Shown here: positions 12,791 through 21,756 of the stretch, piece after piece
How the letters are laid out: the number at the start of each line of letters is the position of its first letter
Position numbering within the stretch: the first letter of the stretch is position 1
From: Seison nebaliae
Lineage: Eukaryota
Length of the DNA stretch: 22,208 nt
Assembly: GCA_023231475.1 (NCBI GenBank)
Contig: JALJEE010001986.1
Span: forward strand, 62,001 to 84,208
Reading direction: 5' to 3'
Translations under genes and position numbers: made by a program
Notes under the pieces: generated by a model
What the model was told of the DNA's origin: nothing
Database searches by the model: none
What the model saw: only the letters and a program-made list of their open reading frames with translations

Positions 12791-14620
12791 TTAATTTTTT
12801 GATTTTTTTTCCGTAGAAATTTCACTATTAGGTGAGCATTCTAATTTTCGTTTAATACCAGCTTTTGCATCTGTCGCTATAACAGGTTTGAGCATTTTAT
12901 GGACACTAAGTGCATTTGTCTCATAGGAAACAGATTCGTGCCAAAATATTCCATGAATATAAAAATTAAAATAAACTGGATCCGATTTGTCCAATAGAAA
13001 TTTCTTTAAATTTTTAATATAATGTACGTTACGATCGCTAATTAAATACCATTTCCATTCAACCATAGATTTGATGATAGCTAAAGAATGCGATTTCCCT
13101 TCACCTCCAATTGTTTCATATGGGATAAATATTGAATGATCTACGTTTTTTCCTTTCAGTTTTTGTTGAGCGTAATAAAATGCCCCTGCATTGACTAATG
13201 ATTCTTGCCAAATCGTTCGGTTAACGAATCTTTTTAAGTAACTTATTACTCTTTGTTTTTCTTCTTCGGTATACTTTTCCAAACTTGTTGAATTAAAACG
13301 TGAGAAGACCTCTTCATTACGACGATTATTCCATTCATGAGTTCCTTTTGGAAGGGCCACCGGATACGAATATTTATCTACTATATCATAAATAGTAGCA
13401 CTAGTTTCTAAGTGAAACGCATAAATAGTATAATCCACAAATGGATCTTCTGTGTCGAAGTCTTTAAACAATTTCATGGGCACAAATTGATCTTTGTTCC
13501 AAAAATTTTCAGGTAAAGTTGGATAGTATGGTGCAAAAACGAATGCTTCTGGAATAACTGTTATATATTTTTCGTATTTTAGAAAAGTTTTGATAGTTTT
13601 ATCGGTATTATATGATCTTAAAAGTTGGTCTACAAATTCCATTGTCTGTCCACTAGTTTGGGCAGCGAAGAAATGAACACGTTCAATTTGTTCGGTCGTA
13701 ATTACTATCTTGGGGAATCCGTGATCCATAATTATTTCCTCAGTTTGAAATTTAATCCACATCTCATCTTTAAAACGTTCCGAAAATGTTCGAATTTTGA
13801 GACTTTCCATATATTCGGTTAATGTTCCATCGAACTTATAGTATTCGATGTCAGATCTAACATAATCCAATTCAAAATGTATTAACTCTAAGGTTGGATA
13901 ATGTACGATGCATTTGTCACAGTTTATTGGAGAAAGTTTTTTTGATCCAACAACAGATTCGGAAGAAAAATCTGGTTTATAAACTGTCCGAATTATATCT
14001 TTGTCCGAAACATATTCAGGACCAAGGAAAAGTTGAGGCAACATAAATGCCATTGTGTTCCTTAAATTGTATGTTAACTCTTTTTTTTTTAGCGTATCTC
14101 TGTAGTACTTCATTTCCATCGTGAAATTTAAATCACTAGAACTATCCGGCTTTAATGAACTCCAAACGTTTTTATTCAGTTTGCAAGTTTTACCTTTTTT
14201 CAAAGATATTTGAACATTAGAAGCTGTTCTTTTTCCGGGAAATTTTGATATCATAGTGAACATTCTAAAGAAATTGTACAGGCATAAACTTGCCACTCTA
14301 TCACTATGGGAACCAACAGTATATTCAGATTTCTTATCTAAGTCATTTTCATTGACTTTATGAGCGCCAGTTAATATTAATACCTCATGTATCAAATACA
14401 TAGAAGGGAAAGTTTCGTTTAAATTAATCATATCACAAGTCCTAGTAGAATTGATGTTATTCAGTATATTACAAACATCTGGTGAACATTTATTATTTTC
14501 CAATATTTTGGTTATTAGAAATGGTGTGAATATGATAAATTGTAATGCAGATATTGATTGACATATCCCTCCTATGTTTTCGATGGCAGGAGGACTTACC
14601 ATCAGATTTCTATTAGTCAT
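12791..14620 (-). CDS. Intronless 609-aa divergent ubiquitin-specific protease-like (peptidase C19/USP) protein
   Basis: Cys-box-like AIENIGGICQSISALQFI (C20, codon 14563-14561) has the same spacing as GLxNxGNTCYxNSxLQxL. His-box-like GKSHSLAIIKSMVEWKWYLISDRNV (H511, codon 13090-13088; D529). C-terminal bipartite NLS-like KRK-x11-KKSK. That the ORF is coding is well supported; the USP assignment is motif-based only. Confidence 0.7.
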   Translation of the reverse strand: MTNRNLMVSPPAIENIGGICQSISALQFIIFTPFLITKILENNKCSPDVCNILNNINSTRTCDMINLNETFPSMYLIHEVLILTGAHKVNENDLDKKSEYTVGSHSDRVASLCLYNFFRMFTMISKFPGKRTASNVQISLKKGKTCKLNKNVWSSLKPDSSSDLNFTMEMKYYRDTLKKKELTYNLRNTMAFMLPQLFLGPEYVSDKDIIRTVYKPDFSSESVVGSKKLSPINCDKCIVHYPTLELIHFELDYVRSDIEYYKFDGTLTEYMESLKIRTFSERFKDEMWIKFQTEEIIMDHGFPKIVITTEQIERVHFFAAQTSGQTMEFVDQLLRSYNTDKTIKTFLKYEKYITVIPEAFVFAPYYPTLPENFWNKDQFVPMKLFKDFDTEDPFVDYTIYAFHLETSATIYDIVDKYSYPVALPKGTHEWNNRRNEEVFSRFNSTSLEKYTEEEKQRVISYLKRFVNRTIWQESLVNAGAFYYAQQKLKGKNVDHSIFIPYETIGGEGKSHSLAIIKSMVEWKWYLISDRNVHYIKNLKKFLLDKSDPVYFNFYIHGIFWHESVSYETNALSVHKMLKPVIATDAKAGIKRKLECSPNSEISTEKKSKN

Positions 14621-14784
14621 TTTTAAGATAATGCACTTTAAAACTAGGTGAAACAGAAAACAACCAAACTAACACAAAACGAATAATTGAAATACAAAAA
14701 GTCGTATAAACTACCAATGATGAACTTCTTATACGTTCGTGATGAAAATGAACTTCTGTATGAGTTCGTAAGAAAAAACCGAGC

Positions 14785-14866
14785 AGATCTTGTAATTTGT
14801 TATTTGAGTTTAATCCAAGATCGTATAAGTTAATACATGTTGACTTGCAAGATCCTGCAGCGTCTT
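14785..14866. repeat. Copy A of an 82-bp diverged direct repeat rich in AGATCT/CAAGATC units
   Basis: Ungapped manual alignment to 15190-15271 gives 62/82 identities. Confidence 0.85.
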
Positions 14867-14887
14867 GTTTTATCTATATATGTAAAC

Positions 14888-15159
14888 GGATGTAAACGTC
14901 CACTCAATCGAACATTTATGTTCCGCCTAATGGGCATCTCTTCTTTCCCATTGTTAATCGTTAAGAGATATTTGTCCCTCGTTTTCGATATTAAAGCATA
15001 TCCAGGGAACATTTGGAAGCACTCGTTGACAACTTTAGTTTCGAATCATTTATTCCTATTCATCTAAGGGATGAGTTGTCTCGTGGTCGTGATTTTATTT
15101 TCAGTAACAATTTTTCTTCCATTATTCATTTTCTTTACGCTTTACCCTATGGCCCATGA
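14888..15159 (+). mobile_element. Degraded 3' fragment of a non-LTR retrotransposon ORF, related to the element at 21757-22208
   Basis: GCKRPLNRTFMFRLMGISSFPLLIVKRYL vs GCHKPFNRAFMFTICELTPLPLLLAQRYL is 14/29 identical. In another frame from 15088, RDFIFSNNFSSIIHFLYALPYG vs RNLILNNSFKELSFFLFNLPRG is 9/22 identical. Confidence 0.75.
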
Positions 15160-15189
15160 CGAATTTCTTATATGAGTTGAAATTGAAGA

Positions 15190-15271
15190 AGATCTTGTTG
15201 TTTCTTATTTGAGTTTGACACAAGATCTTGCAAAATAGTACATTTGAACTTGCAAGATCTTACAAGATCTT
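15190..15271. repeat. Copy B of the 82-bp repeat; contains the CAAGATCTTG palindrome and a perfect 12-bp inverted repeat
   Basis: AAGATCTTGCAA (15222-15233) is the reverse complement of TTGCAAGATCTT (15250-15261). Four AAGATCTT units lie between 15189 and 15271. Confidence 0.85.
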
Positions 15272-15581
15272 ATCGGGTGTTATAAATTTCTGTTATATAT
15301 TTATTAATAAACTATAGTATAATATATATATATTTCATATAAATAATGATTAATAATAATATGTTCAAAAGTATAATTTAAAAAACTTTAACAAAAAAGA
15401 ATTATTTAGTATTTTATAAATATAATGACAAGTTTAATTAATATTTCAAATTTTGTTTTGCTCGTCGAATATCGTTGCACAACTGTGCCAGGGTCTTTTA
15501 CACTTTTCGTTCCCATTCAACGTCCGAAGATAAATGAAAAGATATAAAAGTTCCTAACCTGAATTTCTTCGTTTGATAACG

Positions 15582-15866
15582 TTAGTTCTCCAATTGCAAA
15601 CGATATTTTTTAAAATTAATTCGTCGTGCTAAAAGCAACGAAGAGATTATTCTAATATAATTTCTAATTTCGTCTATTATATCGTTCTGAAATTCCGTAA
15701 TTATTAATACATTCCTACTGAACCAATCTGCACTTAAGTTCTCTTTTCCTTTTCTATAGATGATGTGGTAATTGAATTGACTTAGCCTGATTGGCCAATT
15801 GTGTAAGCGCCTATTTGTTTCTCGTTGTTTCCATAGACTAATAAGCGGTTTGTGATCGGTGAATAT
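15582..15866 (-). mobile_element. Ty3/Gypsy pol fragment (RNase H C-terminal part), absent from the ORF track
   Basis: Manual translation IFTDHKPLISLWKQRETNRRLHNWPIRLSQFNYHIIYRKGKENLSADWFSR matches the Gypsy pattern TDHKPL...RLxxW...IxYRxGxxNxxADxxSR. Confidence 0.9.
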
Positions 15867-16102
15867 TTATTTATGTGTAATTATTTTATTACTTATAGTT
15901 TAATAATATGTTGTTTTATATATAATAATTATAAAATTATTTAATACAAATTAATAACATTAATTAAATATAATAATGTTATTATTTAAAATAAAAGTTC
16001 AAATTTAAAATTAAAGTCTATTAAAATACTCACGTGATAAGATATATAGTGATTTTGCCATCGTTTAAAATTTATTCATTAAACTATGAATCACGGTTTA
16101 AA

Positions 16103-16560
16103 TTACAATTTTCTCAACTCTAACGAGGAATCGGTAAACTTACCGTCATGCTTCAATCCGCCAGTGGAGATCGATGACTTGAATGGTGATAAACCATCTG
16201 CATTCACGAATAAACAAATTGTGTTATTACCGAAACTCTGAGTAAAGTGTTGAAATGTGGAGGAATTTTGGATGTCGACTGGAAATATGTTTCGCCGTTC
16301 ACCAACTACGAGAACGAATCGTTCACGATCGAAATTTTTCAAAAAAAATTATGTTTTGTTGTTTTCTTTCACATGGACTTTGAAATTAGGACATTCTTAA
16401 TTAATGCAATATGAGTCAATAGATTGCATGCAAATATGGCATATTGCCTGAGGCAGATAGTCTTCTTTTGCTTTAAACTTGTTTAAACAGCTTTCAAAAT
16501 AATCTATTGAAATATGTTTCTCAACGAAAATCGTAGAATTTTTAAAAAGTCATCAATTGA
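16103..16560 (-). mobile_element. CMC/EnSpm (CACTA-like) transposase remnant
   Basis: ICLFVNADGLSPFKSS (NADGLSPFKSS at 16204-16172) matches the NxDGxxxFKSS first-Asp motif of EnSpm-type transposases. An upstream Cys cluster CHIC-x7-C-IN*E-C (16441-16391) carries a stop codon. Confidence 0.7.
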
Positions 16561-16562
16561 CG

Positions 16563-17646
16563 CTATCGAACAATTGGACTGCTCTTACTTCTCCATCGTA
16601 CCATATCGTACAATTCCGTAACTATTGCCATATGCAATCTATTTCGTGGGAGTTGTTCATCGTCGACTAGCACCACTTCGCCTTTCTCAATGTGCCTAGT
16701 GGCACCGAACGATCTTCTATAGTTGTCGCGTAACTCTCTTAGATATTCGGCGTTGAAGCGATCTACTATCTCCGTTCCTCTATTTTTATATTCCCATAGA
16801 GTCTTCTTATGATCATGAGAGTTTTCGACTCCAATGGTTTCGATCAATCTTGGCGTTAAAATAATCGGTTCCCCAATGTTATCCTCATAAACATAACCAA
16901 GAGGGCGGGAGTTGATTTGTTTTTCAATTTCCTTTATTACAGTCTCGCATTCTTCGAAGGACTTATCATGTAATTGACCCACATTTCTCAATTGACTTTT
17001 TACAATTCCGACCATTCTTTCATAGAATCCTCCCCACCAAGGCGCTCGCGCTGGAATGAATCTCCATTTGGTGGCGACCATACTTCGATCCACTCGAAAT
17101 TGGTTCTCTATTGATCCCTTTGCACCAATAAATGTGGGAGCATTATCGCTTACAACTAATTTCGGGGCATCCTTTTGAGCCTTTGACCTTTATTGTCACA
17201 TGATCGATGACCACATTCAAATACACATTCCTAGTCACTGCGCATGAGAACAACAGCACATAGATTTATCGTCCATCCATTAGTTTCTCTTCTCCACTTT
17301 TAAGCGAGCGTATCAAATCGCCAAAGCATTGCTTTTGGTGTTGAATATAGATGTACTTGGAAGGCTTATCCCAAATTTCTTTTAATCTCTGCAACCGCGA
17401 CTTGTTTTTCTGTATCACTCTAAACTTTGTTAATACTCGTACTAGAGTCTTTAACACCCTCAAATGTTTAGAGAGCCCATTATAACGATCTAATGGGACG
17501 ATATCACTTTTAGATACCTTGATGTTGTCATTGTCGAATGGGCACAGTATGGCTTCCCCCGGCAATTTCGACCAATCTTGCGGTCATAGGTTGCTTCTTT
17601 CCGTGTCTGCTTTATAAGTTCCCCGAGAAAGCATGTCCGTTGGATT
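16563..17646 (-). mobile_element. BEL/Pao LTR-retrotransposon pol remnant (RNase H end plus integrase), internally deleted
   Basis: Motifs NPTDMLSRG (17646-17620), YVLLFSCAVTRNVYL, VVSDNAPTF, WRFIPARAPWWGGFYERMVGIVK, INSRPL, ILTP, GEVVLVDDEQLPR. Stops and frameshifts present. Confidence 0.92.
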
Positions 17647-17770
17647 AAGGGAGATTAAGGGATAAGGGATATGTGTCGTATTTCGCAACTTCCAACATCC
17701 AACAATTTATTGGGATCCAACGAATTTACAATTCTATATCCCAGTTTTTATCCAATATAGGGTTATTCAT

Positions 17771-18550
17771 TTGGTTATAGACCTTTATTCGGATTTTGAG
17801 GACTTTTATTCATCGGATATAGATTTCTATTCATCAACTAATGGATTAGCTATTGATGGAAGCCACATCCCTATAAAGAAACCTCCTGGAAAGAATACAG
17901 ATTTTTTATATTTTTATCGAAAGAGATTTCTATCAATAGATATCGCTGCTGTCGATGGAAGAAAATTATTTAAATTTGTCGAGATCGGAAGAAAAGGTAG
18001 GAAACACGATAATTCCATTTTCGAGCAATCTTCTCTTCGAATTTGGCTAAGTAGTTGTTCTACCAATAAGTTTTATTATGAAGATCAGCAGTTAAAGCCG
18101 TTAATAATCAGAGATGCCGCATTTCGCTTAGATTGCGACGTAATGAAGCCATATCCTTCTGAAGAAAGTTTGCTTCTGTCTATTTTATAATTTATGTACT
18201 GTTTAATCTTATCTATCTTTAATTTATTACCTTAGCTTCATTGAAAAAAACATTCAACACCATTTTGGCACAATACCGAATTGTCGTTGAAAATGCATTT
18301 GGAATGCTCAAAAATAAATGGCGTATTCTGACAACTGTAATATGTAATTGTATAATTAATATGACAAATGTATAATTCTGTATGCGTGCTGCATCCTTTA
18401 CAATTTCCATTTAATAAGATCAGAATATTTTTTGGAATTTCCCTGCCAAATGGAACCCGATGTGGAGACAATAAATGAAACCGATGTAGAAACTGGAACA
18501 ATATCAGGTAAATCTATTCGATATAAAATTGCAAATTATCTTCGTTTATT
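17771..18550 (+). mobile_element. PIF/Harbinger DDE transposase remnant with a putative intron at 18168-18235
   Basis: AIDGSHIPIKKP, GRKHDNSIFEQS, DAAF, MKPYP, then after the intron FNTILAQYRIVVENAFGMLKNKWRIL. Downstream stop and frameshift. Boundaries approximate. Confidence 0.9.
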
Positions 18551-21294
18551 TCACAATAATTGAATGTAATGTTCGGTAACAAACGAAAAGTCCAAAAGGT
18601 TCATTTGCCATCTCCATATTTTGTTACTTATTTCGTTGGATTTAAGTAAAAGTCGACATGCCGCCGTATTATCTGTTCTTATGATAAATTTTTTGTGAAG
18701 AAGATGATATCGAAAGTGACGTATAAAATGATATATCGCGAATGCTTCGATTTCATTGATATGCCATTTTGTTTCTGAAGCAGTTAAAATTTTTGAAGCA
18801 TATTCAATAATAAATTCGACGTTGTCGCTTAATTGGAAGAGAACTGCACCAATGGCTTTTGTTGAAGTGTCTACTTGTAGAATAAACTTGCGGTTCCAAT
18901 CCGGTTTCGCCAGTACTGGTGGATGAATTCGATGAATTTCCGTCCATTGAAGCTTATTCCATTTGATTATATCGTATAAAGGTGATAATATTTCATTGAA
19001 TTTTGGCACGAATTTTCGATAGTAATTAGCCATACCGAGACAAGATCGGACTTCTTTCAGATTATTCGGTTCTGCGATCTTTTGTAATGCGACAACTTTT
19101 GCTGGATCTGCCTTCAAACCTTTCTTGGAGACTATATATCCTAGGAATGATATACGTTTACGAGGACGATGTTCGAACACCAGCTACTGATAGATTTACG
19201 GATTATCCCTTTCTTTAGCATGTCGTCACATAATTCGTCGATTATTATACTTTCTCCGTGAGCGTAACGTCTTTGTTTTGTCTTAATTGGCGATTCCGTT
19301 ACCGTCTCGATTCGATGTTCCACTAGTGAAGTACAATGATCGATATTGATTTTCAATTGTTCGAATTGGATATTTTCTTGAGGTGTCGTTGCGATTGATG
19401 TAATTGAACCAATTTTCTCTTGTAGTCCGTCGAGAGAATTAAGGATGACGATGCATTGTTGATTGTAGTTAATTGCGAGATTATATTTCGCAAGCATATT
19501 ACTGCGAATTATGCGGTTATAACGACATGATGGTACGACATAATAAGCCGTATGTATTTCTTTGTCGTCGATTTTGATGCATGTTTCTAATTTTCTCGAT
19601 ATTGAAACTTGACCCACATTTAATGGTCCCTGAAGGATTTTGATCGTTTTTTCAAATTCGATAGACGGTAAACCTTCAGCGAGCTCTTCGCTAATGATAC
19701 TTTGCTGAGCTCCACCATCTATGAGCGCTTCCACGTTGATCCCATGAATATTAATTGCCGAAAAAGAAAGATTGTTTTTGAAATTAAGGTTCCCTGCCCA
19801 TTCATGTCGCTCTGGATGGTGGTTATTGTCAATGTAATTACATATGTATAACGAATATTCTTCTTTGGAATTGTTATTTATCGAGAATATTCGAGTGCTT
19901 CTTGGGACTTCTGTATCCTTGATGCTTAATGCATGTGTTTAATTTGCACCATTTGCAGTTTCGATCTTTATGGTGATATGTACATTGATTTGCTACACAT
20001 TTCCTGCATTTTCCTTTGTAATCATTTCGCCGTGACCTCGTGTTGTTTGTTGCGTATTATTATAAGAGAGATTTGATATGTTTGAGTTGAGCAGTTCAAC
20101 ATTTTTCTTTCCTAAATTGTTCGATGCATATTTTTCCTCTTCTTCGATGTCAGATGCTGCGATAATGAGATCGGCAGTTCCAACATTCGGGTTACTTTTT
20201 ATCATCCTGAAGAACTTTTTTCCGATTTTTTCGTCATGTATGCCCTTCATAAATTGATTCCGAATAAGAATTAACAACTCTGAATCATTTGTATGTTGAT
20301 AAGCGATTTCTCTGATTTCTTTCACCCGTACATAGAAGTCCGCTACATGTTCGTTGCTTCGACGATAAAGTTGCTGAAATAGTTGATTTGTATGAAAGAT
20401 AATTGATTATTTCATATAATGTAGAATGTCGTTTTGAATCTTTTAATCGTTCTACTTCTATCATCGCGCGTTCCTCGTTTCTCAATGCATTCCAGAAAAT
20501 TTCCATATGCATTTCTTCTGGGATTCTATTTGAAGATAAGTAGAGTTTCATTCGTTTACTCCAAGAAGGAAAGTTTTCCTCTTCGTTTTTTTTCGATTAT
20601 TGGCTGATTTTTATCGCCTTTTTCCAAATTTGGTGAATTTTGGAAAAGTTTTCTTTCGTTCGAAATATTTTTCTCGAATGGGAGTTCGTAATGGGATGTA
20701 TTATTCAAACGATTAATGACGAGTTGGTTTAATGATTTGCTTCGATTTAACAACGGTGTGACGTTGTAATCATTTTCCACGAGAAATTATAGAAATTGTT
20801 CCAATCTTCCAATTTGCTTAGAGAAGGACGTAATGTAGTTGAGGTTATCATCAGATATCGTTTTAAATTTCGAAAGCGTTCGATTTTTTTCGTTTAAATG
20901 AGATTTTATATTCGTTTTTCTGTCATTCACCATTGTTACGAAAGTTGATCCTTTCGGCATTGTCACTACTATGACTTCCTCGCTTCCTATAGTTTCCACG
21001 GAAACATTTATTTTGTCTTTAGATAGATCTGGTTCGAGTGCGTTGAATTCGATCTTCTCCGCTTCATCTATCGAATTGATAACTTTTGAAATTTCTTTTA
21101 TTTTCGTTTCGCCGATAGTTACTGATTGTGGTGAATTCAATTTTTTTGTCATTTTAAGACTTATTATGTCTTCATTAATTGCTTTGAGACTTTTGTTGGT
21201 CATCGTCATAAATGTGGTGATTTGGTTCCGTAAAAATCTTTGATTTTCTTCCATTAATAATCTTAATTTATTAATTTGAAGATTTATCCATCCG

Positions 21295-21305
21295 CGTGGT
21301 CGCCA
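21295..21305 (-). promoter_or_regulatory. Primer-binding site of the Gypsy element, probably for tRNA-Arg
   Basis: Minus strand reads ...CACAACA|TGGCGACCACG: an LTR-terminal CA directly followed by TGG plus sequence complementary to a tRNA 3' end ...CGTGGTCGCCA, which I recall from animal tRNA-Arg(TCG). It lies ~40 nt upstream of the gag ATG at 21254. Confidence 0.8.
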
Positions 21306-21636
21306 TGTTGTGGATCGGGGTCTACAATGACAGTGTCACTGAGATCATAGTAGTTTATAAGAAAGATATAATTTTATTAAGGAAGAGATTTTATTGAGGA
21401 AAGAATATTAAATGTTGTTGTTTTCTTTTTTTGTTTCTTTTTCATGTTCTTCTTCAGCCAACTGCTGAGGACTGATCTATATAGTTCTCTATGTTAATAA
21501 CTTAAAACTTCACTTTACTTTTTTTATCCTTATTCATTTTATCTTCCCTCTATAATCACTTCCCGACTTCTTCAATCTTCAGATTATTACTAATCGACTC
21601 AAAGATGAATCAAGATTTTACGATGGACCGACAATA
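21306..21636 (-). repeat. Putative 5' LTR (~330 bp)
   Basis: Ends in CA next to the PBS. Imperfect terminal inverted match (TATTGTCGGTC at the start vs GATCCACAACA at the end). TATA-like CTATATAG at 21477-21484 is followed on the minus strand by AATAAA at 21395-21390 and 21378-21373. The outer boundary is inferred because there is no second LTR to compare. Confidence 0.6.
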
Positions 21637-21756
21637 TTAGGTAATAATTAATAGTTTATCGAATATTGTAAGAACTTTAAACATTTTAAATCTCTCTATA
21701 CGTCTTTTCTATTTTGTTTTTATTTTCAATTTATCGCGAAGGGTTTCGATTTTATA

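Larger units (their letters stand above)
18551..21636 (-). mobile_element. Degenerate Ty3/Gypsy LTR retrotransposon: 5' LTR, PBS, broken gag, protease, RT with deleted core, RNase H; integrase and 3' LTR missing
   Basis: Gag-like IRNQFMKGIHDEKI; protease ALIDGGAQQSII; RT start EHRIET...PIKTKQRR...SSWCSNIVLV; RT end ISFLGYIVSKKGLKADPAKV, LGMANYYRKFVPKF; RNase H FILQVDTSTKAIGAVL, IEYASKIL, EAFAI, IRTDN. Confidence 0.93.

Noticed and set aside
14718..15279. CRISPR-like array
   Set aside because: Eukaryotic context, only two long diverged copies, no regular repeat-spacer period and no cas genes.
15281..16100. Extremely AT-rich tracts (about 15281-15450 and 15870-16100)
   Set aside because: Low-complexity spacers with no periodicity or structure I can support.
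17645..17770. TTAAGGG/TAAGGGA short repeats as a Harbinger terminal repeat or telomeric seed
   Set aside because: Only three imperfect units, and no partner inverted end is visible because the element is cut off by the Gypsy remnant.
19870..19945. Programmed +1 gag-pol frameshift
   Set aside because: The gag and protease frames do overlap here, but the element has several other stops and frameshifts, so programmed recoding cannot be told from decay.
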